Assembly: GCA_913056525.1 (NCBI GenBank)
Contig: CAJXLO010000002.1
Location: 5,169-69,168 of the forward strand
From: an uncultured Psychroflexus sp.
GTDB taxonomy: Bacteria; Bacteroidota; Bacteroidia; Flavobacteriales; Flavobacteriaceae
Direction of reading: 5' to 3'
DNA: 64,000 nt
Shown here: in pieces, positions 27,692 to 37,836 of the stretch
Layout: the number at the start of each line of letters is the position of its first letter
Numbering within the stretch: the first letter of the stretch is position 1
The notes under the pieces: generated by a model
Seen by the model: only the letters and a program-made list of their open reading frames with translations
Told to the model about the DNA's origin: nothing
Database searches by the model: none
Translations under genes and position numbers: made by a program

Positions 27692-28315
27692 TTGCATGAG
27701 ATAAAACTATTCTTGCTGGTCTATTTTGCTGCACTTGGCGGAGTCATACCGCCGGGGCTGGTCAATATGTCTGTGGCCAAGACCTGCGTGAGGAAGTCCA
27801 GGCGACATGGGATGATCATGTCATTCGGTGCCTCGCTGGTGGTCTTCTTCCAGGCGATGACGGCCATACTTATGGCCAAATATATCTTCGATCATCCCTA
27901 TGTACACAAGATGCTGTTAAGGACTGGTCTGGTCATCCTGGTATTGATGATGGTCTATTTCTTCATCATCGCTAACCGCCAGAAAGAAAGGATCAAGATC
28001 GAAAAGAAGACTGGTGGAAGAAGTTTTCTTCGGGGAATGGGCATTGCTTTGCTCAACGTCTTTCCCATTCCTTTTTTCGTGGTCATCAGCTCCATTTTCA
28101 ATGCCAAGGGCAACGTGGACTATTCCTGGTTCAGTGTGCTCGTATTTTCTACTGGAGCCGCTTTGGGAACACTTACGACATTATACCTGTACGTCATCTC
28201 GTTCGTAAGGATCGAGAAAAGGACAAAGACCTTTGCCAGGTATTCAAATTATTTCATGGCCTTTTTGATGATGCTACTGGTCATCATCACCCTTTTTAGG
28301 ATATACGTGTTATGA
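27692..28315 (+). CDS. LysE-family translocator
   Basis: TTG start, GVIPPGLVNM motif, LLNVFPIPFF, about 6 TM helices. Confidence 0.8.
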   Translation: MHEIKLFLLVYFAALGGVIPPGLVNMSVAKTCVRKSRRHGMIMSFGASLVVFFQAMTAILMAKYIFDHPYVHKMLLRTGLVILVLMMVYFFIIANRQKERIKIEKKTGGRSFLRGMGIALLNVFPIPFFVVISSIFNAKGNVDYSWFSVLVFSTGAALGTLTTLYLYVISFVRIEKRTKTFARYSNYFMAFLMMLLVIITLFRIYVL

Positions 28316-28665
28316 GCAACAGATCGGATTTTTACAGCAGGGTTTATGCCGTGGTACGCCTGATACCAGAAGGTAGAGTGACAAGTTATGGAGCGATCGC
28401 CCGGTTTCTTGGAGCTGCCGGGAGTTCCCGTGTGGTAGGGTATGCCATGAATGCATCGCACCAGCTGGAGGATGTTCCGGCGCATAGGGTAGTTAACAGG
28501 AATGGCGTGCTTACTGGCAAACATCATTTTTCCACCTCAGATGCCATGCAGCGACTATTAGAGGCGGAAAGCCTTAGTGTAGTGGATGATAAGGTGAAGG
28601 ACTTTAAAATGCATTTCTGGGATCCTGCGGATCATTTAGATCAAGCTGACTTCTATAAAGGTTAA
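28312..28665 (+). CDS. MGMT-family (alkyltransferase-like) DNA-binding protein
   Basis: IPEGRVTSYGAIA and RVVGYAM motifs; VPAHRVV has Ala where active MGMT has the catalytic Cys (PCHRV). Confidence 0.9.
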   Translation: MSNRSDFYSRVYAVVRLIPEGRVTSYGAIARFLGAAGSSRVVGYAMNASHQLEDVPAHRVVNRNGVLTGKHHFSTSDAMQRLLEAESLSVVDDKVKDFKMHFWDPADHLDQADFYKG

Positions 28666-29121
28666 GTTGAATTCCAATTCCTTTCCCGGTAAGATCATCA
28701 AACCTAGCCTGGATAGGGTTTGCCCGTTAAAACGGGGAAGGTCTAAGCGATTCCCTCTAAAACGGGGTTTTAATTCATCAAAACTTATTTTGATCTCCTG
28801 AAGTTGTCCTGTTGTATTTATATCGGTCACATAAGCATGTCTTTGCTGTTGATTTTCCTGTACCCTGAACTGGTAGGTTTTCCCGTCGCCTTCTAGCTTG
28901 ATCGAAAATGCAGAGAATGCGCCGATGTTCCTAGGTTGGAGAGGGATCCTGAAAGAGGCGAATCCGCCATTATTGGCCAGGCTCACTTGCCCGTAAAAGC
29001 GGATACCTTCACGTTGAGACTCCACCTGAGCTCTGGAGCTACCGCCCATTACCTTATCATTAACGACCTGAACCTCTTCCCGCTTAAGCTGGTCCGCTAC
29101 TATGAGTTTATGATATTTCAT
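28636..29121 (-). CDS. CIA30-family protein
   Basis: VNDKVMGGSS, SLANNGGFAS, GDGKTY and PRFRG motifs. Confidence 0.88.
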   Translation of the reverse strand: MKYHKLIVADQLKREEVQVVNDKVMGGSSRAQVESQREGIRFYGQVSLANNGGFASFRIPLQPRNIGAFSAFSIKLEGDGKTYQFRVQENQQQRHAYVTDINTTGQLQEIKISFDELKPRFRGNRLDLPRFNGQTLSRLGLMILPGKELEFNLTFIEVSLI

Positions 29122-29599
29122 TTAATTTTCTTCACTTAGGGATTTGCTTAACGAAAACAACACGCGTCAAAACCTCTGCAAGTTCTATGACATCAGAATA
29201 GTTTAGTGAGTTCTGCCGTCAATTATATTCACAGCTAAGGATTTGAGAATCCAAGCATCAATGCCCTTTTCTACAAAAATACATAAATAATAGGTCTTGT
29301 AAGATAGATATATTGGACCTCAAATCTAATATGCCCGATAAATTTAAATCACTAATGACAGAACCCATATAGATGATAACGATAATTAATTCATCCTTGA
29401 ATCAATTGATCCTAAAAACGTCAAAAAGATGTGTTGCTTTTTATGGCTCAGATTATAGGAGTTCTGATAATATTATCCAGATACGAATTATTCTTTATCG
29501 GGAGATACAAAGCATGAAAACGTCCTGACCGTCATGTGCAGCCTAAAATAGTTGCTAGACCTTATAAGGAAGCATATATGCAAGCATCTAAAAAAAACT

Positions 29600-29607
29600 T
29601 ACTTTTG
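29600..29607 (+). promoter_or_regulatory. -7 promoter element for maeB
   Basis: TACTTTTG 17 nt upstream of ATG 29625. Confidence 0.6.
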
Positions 29608-29624
29608 AACCTCATTAATTTCTT

Positions 29625-31916
29625 ATGGACCAGGAAAAGAAAAACGCAGCAGATAAGGCACTCGAATATCATAAATATCCCCAACCCGGGAAGATCGAGG
29701 TCGTGCCTACTAAGAAGCATGCTACCCAGCGTGATTTGGGTTTGGCCTATTCTCCCGGTGTGGCAGAACCCTGTAATGCGATCGCCGAGGATCCGTACAA
29801 GGTGTATGATTATACGAACAAACAAAACCTCGTGGCGGTGATCTCCAATGGCACTGCCGTTCTGGGTTTAGGCGATATAGGAGCGGATGCTTCCAAACCG
29901 GTGATGGAAGGAAAGGCACTGCTGTTCAAGATCTTTGCCGGTGTGGATGTTTTCGATATTGAAGTGGACCAGAACGACCCGGATAAGTTCATTGAAACCG
30001 TAAAGAATATCGCACCGACCTTTGGTGGGATCAACCTGGAAGACATTAAAGCACCGGAAGCCTTCGAGATAGAATCCAGGCTCAAGGAAGAATTGGACAT
30101 CCCGGTAATGCACGATGATCAGCACGGAACGGCCATTATCTCCGCCGCCGCTTTGCTGAACGCTCTGGAACTAGCCGATAAACCCATCGAGGAGGTGAAT
30201 ATCGTGGTCTCCGGTGCGGGATCGGCCGCTATTTCCTGTACAAAGCTCTATTGCTTGTTAGGGGCAAAAGCGGAGAACATCATCATGCTCAACAGTAAGG
30301 GACCGCTTAAAAAAGGCCAGGAGAAATTGACTGAACAGCAAGCTCCATTTGCCACGGACAGGGAGGTCAACTCATTAGCGGATGCCATGCAAGGTGCGGA
30401 TGTGTTCGTAGGTTTATCCGTGGGCAAGCTCGTATCAGCTGAAATGCTTAAAAGCATGGCAGACAGTCCGATCGTCTTCGCCATGGCCAATCCAGAACCG
30501 GAAATAGATTATGACCTGGCGATGAAGACTCGCGATGATGTGATCATGGCCACAGGAAGATCGGACTTCCCGAACCAGGTCAATAACGTATTGGGCTTCC
30601 CTTTTATCTTCAGGGGTGCGCTGGATGTCCGCGCATCGCAGATCAATGAGGAAATGAAGATGGCTGCTGTCAAAGCATTGGCTGGACTCGCTAAGAAGCC
30701 CGTACCTGAACAAGTGAACATCGCTTACGGATTGACTAAATTGAGCTTTGGCAAGAACTATATCATCCCCAAACCCTTCGATCCACGATTGATAGAAGAA
30801 GTGCCTCCTGCTGTGGCAAAAGCCGCGATGGATTCTGGCGTAGCGCGAAAGCATATCACCGATTGGGAAGTTTATAAAGGTCAACTGCTGGACCGAATAG
30901 GGAATGAAGATAAGATCACCCGACTTTTGACCCGACGAGCCAAGTCCGACCCCAAGCGCGTCGCATATGCCGAGGCTGATCATCTGGACGTCCTGAAAGC
31001 AGCTCAAGTGGCCTGTGAAGAGGGAATGGCAAGACCATTGCTCCTGGGCAGGAAAGAAGTGATATTAGAATTAATGGAAACCATTGATTTTGATAAGGAT
31101 GAGGTGACCATCATCGACCCGAAGGATGATGAACAACAAGACCAGCTCAAAAGGTATGCGCATGAACTTTGGGAAAGGCGCAAACGCAAAGGAATCACGC
31201 TCTATGACGCGGAAAAGTTAATGCGGGAGCGCAATTACTATGCGGCGATGATGGTGGTTGCCGGTGATGCGGACGCTATGTTATCCGGTTATTCCAGGGC
31301 TTACCCCGCCGTATTAAAACCCGTTCTGGAGATCATCGGTAAAGAACCCAGGGCGAAGATCGTGGCGGCCACGAACTTGATGAACACCAAAAAAGGACCG
31401 ATATTCATCAGCGATACTTCCATCAATGTGGACCCTGATGCTACCCAACTGGCTCAGATCGCCCAGATGACCTCTTTCGCAGTAAGCATGTTCGGTCTGG
31501 AACCGAATGTGGCCATGGTTTCTTATACGAACTTTGGGGCCTCTAAGAATCCATCCGCGACCAAGGTGAAGGAAGCGGTAAAGCTTCTTCATGAACATCA
31601 TCCAGATATCTGCGTGGACGGTGAGCTACAGGTGGATTTTGCCTTGAACAAGAAAATGCGCCACGCCAAGTTCCCGTTCTCTAAACTGGAGAATAAACGA
31701 GTGAACACATTGATCTATCCGAATCTGGACGCTGCGAACTCTACCTATAAGTTGCTCAAGGAACTCAACTCTGCGGATTCCATCGGTCCGATATTATTGG
31801 GGCTGGATCTTCCTGCCCATGTCTTCCAGTTGGGTGCTAACGTAGATGAAATGGTCAACATGACGGCAGTCGCGGTCATCGACGCACAACAAAAAGCACA
31901 TCGAAAAAAAGTATGA
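29625..31916 (+). CDS. maeB: NADP-dependent malic enzyme (with phosphotransacetylase-like C-terminal domain)
   Basis: LAYSPGVA, NGTAVLGLG, MEGK, INLEDI, HDDQHGT, ATGRSDFPNQVNN motifs; PTA-like DGELQVDFAL. Confidence 0.96.
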   Translation: MDQEKKNAADKALEYHKYPQPGKIEVVPTKKHATQRDLGLAYSPGVAEPCNAIAEDPYKVYDYTNKQNLVAVISNGTAVLGLGDIGADASKPVMEGKALLFKIFAGVDVFDIEVDQNDPDKFIETVKNIAPTFGGINLEDIKAPEAFEIESRLKEELDIPVMHDDQHGTAIISAAALLNALELADKPIEEVNIVVSGAGSAAISCTKLYCLLGAKAENIIMLNSKGPLKKGQEKLTEQQAPFATDREVNSLADAMQGADVFVGLSVGKLVSAEMLKSMADSPIVFAMANPEPEIDYDLAMKTRDDVIMATGRSDFPNQVNNVLGFPFIFRGALDVRASQINEEMKMAAVKALAGLAKKPVPEQVNIAYGLTKLSFGKNYIIPKPFDPRLIEEVPPAVAKAAMDSGVARKHITDWEVYKGQLLDRIGNEDKITRLLTRRAKSDPKRVAYAEADHLDVLKAAQVACEEGMARPLLLGRKEVILELMETIDFDKDEVTIIDPKDDEQQDQLKRYAHELWERRKRKGITLYDAEKLMRERNYYAAMMVVAGDADAMLSGYSRAYPAVLKPVLEIIGKEPRAKIVAATNLMNTKKGPIFISDTSINVDPDATQLAQIAQMTSFAVSMFGLEPNVAMVSYTNFGASKNPSATKVKEAVKLLHEHHPDICVDGELQVDFALNKKMRHAKFPFSKLENKRVNTLIYPNLDAANSTYKLLKELNSADSIGPILLGLDLPAHVFQLGANVDEMVNMTAVAVIDAQQKAHRKKV

Positions 31917-32920
31917 TAAAAAACAACCCAAGCATCGGTATCATAGGAAGTGGAAGTTGGGCGACCGCCCTGGTCAAGCTCCTCAGTGAGAACAAAACCC
32001 CCATTTACTGGTATTTTAGAAGTGAGGAGACCGCACGATCCCTTATCGAAGAACAACATAATCCCAGATACCTGACCGACGTGAGCCTTAAGGTAGACAA
32101 GATGAACATCAGTAATGATATAAATGAAGTGGTACGGAACGCTACATATCTGATATTAGTAACGCCATCGGCATTCCTGGAATCCGAGCTACAGAGGATA
32201 GAGGAAGACCTGAGCGATAAGATCATCTTCTCCGCCGTGAAAGGTATAATCCCGGAAAGTTTCCTACTGGTGGGCGAACATCTCATGCAACATTATAAGG
32301 TGCCCATAGCGCATTTCGGCGTGATCACCGGACCTTGTCATGCAGAAGAGGTCGCCTTAGAAAGGCTTTCCTTCCTGACTATTGCCAGTGCTACTCAGGA
32401 ATATGCAGAATATATGGCACAGCAGCTCAAGACCAGGTATATAATAACTAATGTGAGCGAAGATGTCATTGGAACAGAATATGCCGCCGTGCTCAAGAAC
32501 ATCTATGCTCTGGCTGCAGGTATAGCGCATGGACTGGGCTATGGCGATAATTATCAAAGCGTGCTGATGAGCAATGCCATCAAGGAGATGAAACGCTTTA
32601 TAAAAAAACGCTACAAGATGAAGCGGAACATCAATGATTCGGCCTATCTGGGCGACCTTCTGGTCACAGGATATTCCCTGTTCAGTAGGAACCGGACCTT
32701 CGGGAATATGATAGGGAAAGGTTATACCGTGAACAGTGCCAAGTCAGAGCTCAATATGATCGCGGAAGGTTACTATGCGGCCAAAAGTGCCTACACGATC
32801 AATAAAGAGCAATCTAAAAATCAAGTCAAGACCCCCATCATCAATGCGGTCTACAAAATACTCTACGAAGGGAAGAACCCGAAGAAGACCTTTCTTAAAC
32901 TTAGCGGTAAACTCAAGTAA
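31913..32920 (+). CDS. gpsA: NAD(P)H-dependent glycerol-3-phosphate dehydrogenase
   Basis: GSGSWATA, GPCHAEEV, LKNIYA, GDLLVT, SRNR and AEG motifs. Confidence 0.95.
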   Translation: MIKNNPSIGIIGSGSWATALVKLLSENKTPIYWYFRSEETARSLIEEQHNPRYLTDVSLKVDKMNISNDINEVVRNATYLILVTPSAFLESELQRIEEDLSDKIIFSAVKGIIPESFLLVGEHLMQHYKVPIAHFGVITGPCHAEEVALERLSFLTIASATQEYAEYMAQQLKTRYIITNVSEDVIGTEYAAVLKNIYALAAGIAHGLGYGDNYQSVLMSNAIKEMKRFIKKRYKMKRNINDSAYLGDLLVTGYSLFSRNRTFGNMIGKGYTVNSAKSELNMIAEGYYAAKSAYTINKEQSKNQVKTPIINAVYKILYEGKNPKKTFLKLSGKLK

Positions 32921-33814
32921 ATGAATCAATTAGTGAAAGGCAGCATTCTGGTCGCCCTGGCCGCTTCCTGCTATGGCACGCTTACTTCTTTCGTCAAACT
33001 ATCCTATAAGGCTGGTTTTACTACTGTAGAAATCACCTTTAGTCAATTATTGATCGGTTTTCTGGGTTTTCTGGTCATCAATTCCTTTTACAACAAACGC
33101 TCCATGGTAGACCTTAACCGTACACAGCTCAACAAAAAAAGACTATGGCTGGTACTGGCAGGATTTTCCATAGGCGCGACCAGTATCTTTTATTATACGG
33201 CCGTCAGATATATTACGGTCTCCCTGGGTATTGTTTTACTGATGCAAAGCGTATGGATCAGCGCCCTGGTTGACCTTGTCATTAACAAAGTACCACTTAC
33301 CCGACGAAAGTCCATTGCTATTCTCGTGGTCCTCATTGGCACCATGCTAGCCTCTGATGTTTGGCAACAAGATCAGACCTTTGATCTGCGAGGCATCGGT
33401 TTTGGACTTTTGGCCGCCCTTTCTTTTACGGTTACGCTCTTTACCTCTAATAACGTTGCCCTAAACTTCACGTCCGTTACACGTTCAAAATGGATGCTAT
33501 TAGGCGGATTGATCGTGGTCAGCACGTATGCCTCCCGGGAACTTTTCACGGACTTCAATTACGAGGTGTTCATGCTCTGGGGTCCAGTCCTGGCCGTGTT
33601 CGGTACTATCTTACCGCCTTTGTTCTTTACTACGGGCATGCCTAAGGTAAGCGTAGGGCTGGGAGCTATCGTTTCTTCCTTAGAACTTCCCGTGGCTGTT
33701 TTCATGGGCTACCTGATATTGGGGGAAGAGCAAAACCTCATCAAATGGATCGGTATTGTTTGTATCCTGACCGCCATCTTCATCATGAACTATAAGAGAG
33801 CTAAGCTGCGGTAG
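32921..33814 (+). CDS. EamA/DMT family transporter
   Basis: About 10 TM helices in two EamA repeats; SSLELPVA motif. Confidence 0.88.
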   Translation: MNQLVKGSILVALAASCYGTLTSFVKLSYKAGFTTVEITFSQLLIGFLGFLVINSFYNKRSMVDLNRTQLNKKRLWLVLAGFSIGATSIFYYTAVRYITVSLGIVLLMQSVWISALVDLVINKVPLTRRKSIAILVVLIGTMLASDVWQQDQTFDLRGIGFGLLAALSFTVTLFTSNNVALNFTSVTRSKWMLLGGLIVVSTYASRELFTDFNYEVFMLWGPVLAVFGTILPPLFFTTGMPKVSVGLGAIVSSLELPVAVFMGYLILGEEQNLIKWIGIVCILTAIFIMNYKRAKLR

Positions 33815-33918
33815 GTGTTCTATACGATCATCCTCAAATCAAAAGTTAACCTTTATTTTATTCTGGTCGATAGGTCGTTATAAATAGATGAACTATATTT
33901 GATGAAATATATATCATT

Positions 33919-34347
33919 ATGAGACATTTTCACCTTTCTTTGCTTTTTTTCCTGGCCGGTTCATTGTTGATCACAAGCTGTTCGGATAACGATACTGGGC
34001 AAGAAGGACAACGATCTGATCAACTGGAACAATATGACATTTTGGGCGAATGGCAACTTGAGGTTCGTTCCATCAACGGAGTTACCGATGCCGCCGTGGA
34101 ATGCTGTGACATCCTCAACCTACGAACGGATGAGGTGAAAGACGACCTTAGCGGTGTGTTCGTGGCTAATGGCGTAGGTTATGAAACCCAGGGAACGTTT
34201 ACGCTCAAACCTGATGCTAACAAGCTGCAGTTTATCCATGCTGATGAAAATCTAGAATATGCTTTTCAGGTAAACGCCGATGTCCTGACCTTTACTTATG
34301 AAGAAGCGGGCGATACCATTGAAGAGAACTGGCGGAAACAAGAGTAG
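33919..34347 (+). CDS. Lipocalin-like lipoprotein
   Basis: Lipobox ITSC, ILGEWQL (GxW) motif, beta-strand-rich body. Upstream TATATTTG at 33894-33901. Confidence 0.65.
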   Translation: MRHFHLSLLFFLAGSLLITSCSDNDTGQEGQRSDQLEQYDILGEWQLEVRSINGVTDAAVECCDILNLRTDEVKDDLSGVFVANGVGYETQGTFTLKPDANKLQFIHADENLEYAFQVNADVLTFTYEEAGDTIEENWRKQE

Positions 34348-34608
34348 AGCATTACCAGAGGGTTAAATCCTGTGGTGGAATTGCTAAACATAATAGATCT
34401 AACAGCTCGCTTCTCGTAACGATTACTGTGCCTGGTATCGGCTAAGTCCCTCGCTTAGCGGTGTCACTGGGAGTTCGTGTTATAAGATTATTTGTGAAAT
34501 ACAACGTTTTAGATCTAGCCCCATTCCCACAAAAAGAAAAGCAGAAAGCTCGTCCACTCAAATTAAATTAATAAATTTGCAAATCTTTTAAAATGAGCAT
34601 TTAAAATT

Positions 34609-35550
34609 ATGTCTGAAGTCGTTAAACTCGCCAAGATATTCGCCTGCTCCCAGAGCTATGAACTGGGAAAGGCCATTGCCGAAGCTTACGGAATACCCAT
34701 AGGTCAGGTCAATACCGCTCATTTTAGCGATGGCGAGTTCCAGCCCTCATTTGAAGAGTCCGTAAGAGGTTCGCGCGTATTCTTGATAGGTTCCACCCAT
34801 CCCAGCAGTGATAACCTGATGGAAATGCTCCTGATGCTGGATGCCGCCAAGCGTTCCTCGGCCCGTCATATTACGGCGGTGATGCCTTACTTTGGTTGGG
34901 CACGACAGGACAGGAAGGACAAGCCGCGCGTTCCCATCGCCGCTAAGATGGTGGCCAAGATGCTTGAAACTGCCGGAGCTACCCGTATCATCACCATGGA
35001 CCTCCATGCCGACCAAATCCAGGGTTTCTTTGAAAAACCAGTAGACCATCTTTATGCTTCCACGATATTCCTGCCTTACCTGAGAAACCTCGGTTTGGGA
35101 GATGTTACCATAGCATCACCGGACATGGGAGGTTCTAAGCGAGCCCACGCTTATGCAAAATACCTGGGTTCCGATGTAGTGATATGCTACAAGCAGAGGG
35201 CAAAGGCCAATAAAATTGCCAGCATGCAATTGATCGGCGAGGTGGAAGGCAGACACGTAGTGCTAGCAGATGATCTGGTAGATACTGCCGGAACGCTCAC
35301 TCATGCCGCTAATCTTATGATGGACAAAGGCGCAAAAAGCGTGAGAGCCATTTGTACGCATCCAGTATTATCAGGCGATGCCTATGAGAAGATAGAAAAC
35401 TCTAAACTAGAAGAGCTAATCGTAACCGATAGCATTCCCCTTCGTAAGGAAAGCGAAAAGATAAAAGTATTGAGCTGCGCTCATTTGTTCGCTGATGTGA
35501 TGAAGGCAGTTCACTATAACAAATCCATCAGCTCTAAATTCTTAATGTAA
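34609..35550 (+). CDS. prs: Ribose-phosphate pyrophosphokinase
   Basis: FSDGE, PYFGWARQDRK, DLHADQIQGFF, SPDMGG and DDLVDTAGT motifs. TAAATTTG promoter element at 34572-34579. Confidence 0.97.
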   Translation: MSEVVKLAKIFACSQSYELGKAIAEAYGIPIGQVNTAHFSDGEFQPSFEESVRGSRVFLIGSTHPSSDNLMEMLLMLDAAKRSSARHITAVMPYFGWARQDRKDKPRVPIAAKMVAKMLETAGATRIITMDLHADQIQGFFEKPVDHLYASTIFLPYLRNLGLGDVTIASPDMGGSKRAHAYAKYLGSDVVICYKQRAKANKIASMQLIGEVEGRHVVLADDLVDTAGTLTHAANLMMDKGAKSVRAICTHPVLSGDAYEKIENSKLEELIVTDSIPLRKESEKIKVLSCAHLFADVMKAVHYNKSISSKFLM

Positions 35551-35565
35551 ATCAAATAATCAACT

Positions 35566-36225
35566 ATGAAATCAATTACGATCAACGGATCCCAAAGAGA
35601 AAGCGTGGGCAAGAAAGCAACAAAAGCCTTACGTAATGCTGGAAAGGTCCCTTGCGTACTATACGGAGGGAACGAGGCATTTCACTTTTCAGCAGATGAA
35701 ATCGCATTTAAAGACCTCATTTATACGCCCGACGTTCATACGGTAAAGATCGTACTTGACGACGGGAGAAGTACTAACGCCATATTACAGGACATTCAGT
35801 TCCATCCCGTCACTGATCAGATACTACACATGGACTTCTATGAATTTGAAGAAGGTCAGGAAATCTCCATGGAGATTCCAGTTCATCCGGAAGGAACACC
35901 TAAGGGCGTGAAAAACGGAGGTGTACTTAGGTTTAATATGAGACGTATGACCTTAAAAGGCTTAGCATCTGAACTGCCGGACTATATCGCCGCTAAAGTT
36001 GCTCCCCTTAAAATAGGCGATAATCTTTACGCGGAAGATGTGAAGAGCGATGATTATGAAGTGCTACATGATGATGATGAACTTATCTGTCAGGTAACTG
36101 CGGCACGTGACCTTGAACTTCTTGAAGATGATGAAGATGAAGATGAAGAAGGAGAAGAAGGCGAAGAAGGAGACGCTGAAGGTGATGCTGAAGGCGGTGA
36201 AGAAGACGAAAGCAAAGAAGAATAG
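35566..36225 (+). CDS. rplY: 50S ribosomal protein L25 / general stress protein Ctc, with acidic tail
   Basis: LRNAGKVPCVLYG, IQFHPV and HMDF motifs; D/E/G-rich C-terminus. Confidence 0.96.
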   Translation: MKSITINGSQRESVGKKATKALRNAGKVPCVLYGGNEAFHFSADEIAFKDLIYTPDVHTVKIVLDDGRSTNAILQDIQFHPVTDQILHMDFYEFEEGQEISMEIPVHPEGTPKGVKNGGVLRFNMRRMTLKGLASELPDYIAAKVAPLKIGDNLYAEDVKSDDYEVLHDDDELICQVTAARDLELLEDDEDEDEEGEEGEEGDAEGDAEGGEEDESKEE

Positions 36226-36247
36226 TTTTTTTCAAAAAACTAACGGC

Positions 36248-36279
36248 AAAGCATCTCTTTCATTAGAGATGCTTTTTTT
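36248..36279 (+). terminator. Intrinsic terminator after rplY
   Basis: AAAGCATCTCT-TTCATT-AGAGATGCTTT followed by a T run. Confidence 0.88.
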
Positions 36280-36324
36280 ATTTTTACAAACCTTGATTAG
36301 GGAGATATTAATAGGGACACGTCT

Positions 36325-36891
36325 ATGAAAAAGTTCTTAGTGGTAGGTTTAGGGAACATCGGCCCAGATTATGCCCGGACGCGACATAATGTTGGCTTTA
36401 ATGTACTTGACCGCTATGCGCAGGAGAAGGGTTTCTATTTTGAAGATAAGCGCTATGCCGCCATGGCCAAAAACAGCTTGAAAGGTCGTCAATTTACCTT
36501 TATCAAGCCTTCCACGCTTATGAACAATAGTGGAAAGGCGGTAAGGTATTGGATGAACAAGGAAAAGTTAGCTTTGTCGCAATTGCTCATTATCACAGAC
36601 GACCTGAACATCCCGTTCGGCACCTTAAGATTAAAGCCAAAGGGAAGTGATGGCGGTCATAACGGGCTAAAGGACATCAATGAACAATTAGGGACAAGCA
36701 AATATGCCCGATTGCGATTTGGCATAGGCGCAGAATATCCAACGGGTCAGCAGATAAATCATGTGCTTAGTGAATGGAGTGAAAAAGAAAGCGAACGCCT
36801 GCCCGAGCGGCTGGAAAAGTGCGCTGAGATAATAGATTCCTTTGCTCTCCAGGGCCTTGCGAACACGATGAACCAATACAACGGAAAGTAA
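36325..36891 (+). CDS. pth: Peptidyl-tRNA hydrolase
   Basis: VGLGNIG, TRHNVGF, MNNSG, GGHNGLK and RLRFGIG motifs. Confidence 0.96.
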   Translation: MKKFLVVGLGNIGPDYARTRHNVGFNVLDRYAQEKGFYFEDKRYAAMAKNSLKGRQFTFIKPSTLMNNSGKAVRYWMNKEKLALSQLLIITDDLNIPFGTLRLKPKGSDGGHNGLKDINEQLGTSKYARLRFGIGAEYPTGQQINHVLSEWSEKESERLPERLEKCAEIIDSFALQGLANTMNQYNGK

Positions 36892-36897
36892 TTAGAT

Positions 36898-37836
36898 TTG
36901 AAGACCTTTAATAATATATCAGAATTCCCCGGTGACGAAAAGACCTGCGTTACCATAGGAACCTTTGATGGTGTGCATACCGGACACCGGAAGATACTTC
37001 AGCGTTTGATGGATGCAGCGAAGAAGAACCGATACAGTTCCACATTGCTTACCTTCTTTCCGCATCCGCGGATGGTCTTACAGCAGGATACTGGATTAAG
37101 GCTGATCAACACCATGAAGGAAAAGAAGATGATATTGGAAAAGACCGGACTGGACAATCTGGTCATCCATCCTTTTTCCTTAGAATTCTCCCGACTTACT
37201 GCTTATGAATATGTGAAGGACGTACTCGTGGATGCCCTCAACACAAAACAAGTGATCATAGGCTATGACCACAGGTTCGGCAGGAACAGGACGGCTGACA
37301 TACAGGACCTTATGAAATATGGACAGCAATATGACTTCACGGTGGATAAGATCAGTAAACAAGAGATAGATGATGTAGCGATAAGCTCTACTAAGATACG
37401 GGATGCCATCGCTACAGGAGATATCCAAACGGCCAACAGATACCTGAGACAACCTTTTTTCATCACCGGTCAGGTAGTCAGAGGTCACGGAAGAGGAAAG
37501 GGCTTTGGTTTTCCCACGGCCAATCTGCATATTGAAGAGGATTATAAGCTCATTCCTAATGATGGTGTATATGTCTCTTCATCTACGCTTAATGGAAAGC
37601 ACCATTACGGGCTGACCAATATAGGAACGAACCCTACGGTAAATGGTAAACAAAGGACCATAGAAACCTATTTCATGGACTTCGATGGTGACCTTTACGA
37701 TCAGGAGCTCAGCGTTTCTTTCCTACATAAGCTTCGCGGCGAGCAAAAGTTCGATGATATAGCCTCCCTGAAAGATGCGATGCTAAAGGATAAGAAAAAG
37801 GCCTTAATGTTCATCAAGGGAAATGAAAAAGCTTGA
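36898..37836 (+). CDS. ribF: Bifunctional riboflavin kinase / FAD synthetase
   Basis: TTG start; GTFDGVHTGH, GYDHRFG, ISSTKIR, GFPTAN and LRGEQKF motifs. Confidence 0.96.
   Translation: MKTFNNISEFPGDEKTCVTIGTFDGVHTGHRKILQRLMDAAKKNRYSSTLLTFFPHPRMVLQQDTGLRLINTMKEKKMILEKTGLDNLVIHPFSLEFSRLTAYEYVKDVLVDALNTKQVIIGYDHRFGRNRTADIQDLMKYGQQYDFTVDKISKQEIDDVAISSTKIRDAIATGDIQTANRYLRQPFFITGQVVRGHGRGKGFGFPTANLHIEEDYKLIPNDGVYVSSSTLNGKHHYGLTNIGTNPTVNGKQRTIETYFMDFDGDLYDQELSVSFLHKLRGEQKFDDIASLKDAMLKDKKKALMFIKGNEKA

Noticed and set aside
29536-29841. 101-aa plus-strand ORF overlapping the maeB start
   Set aside because: It runs out of frame across the maeB promoter element and coding start, has no motifs, and nothing supports a leader-peptide role.
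30435-31007. 190-aa minus-strand ORF, and the other short ORFs nested in maeB, act, mreB, purH and similar genes
   Set aside because: Shadow ORFs overlapping well-supported genes, with no family signatures.
36121-36222. GAA/GAT-rich low-complexity run resembling a tandem repeat
   Set aside because: It encodes the acidic tail common to Ctc/L25 proteins and is not an independent repeat element.
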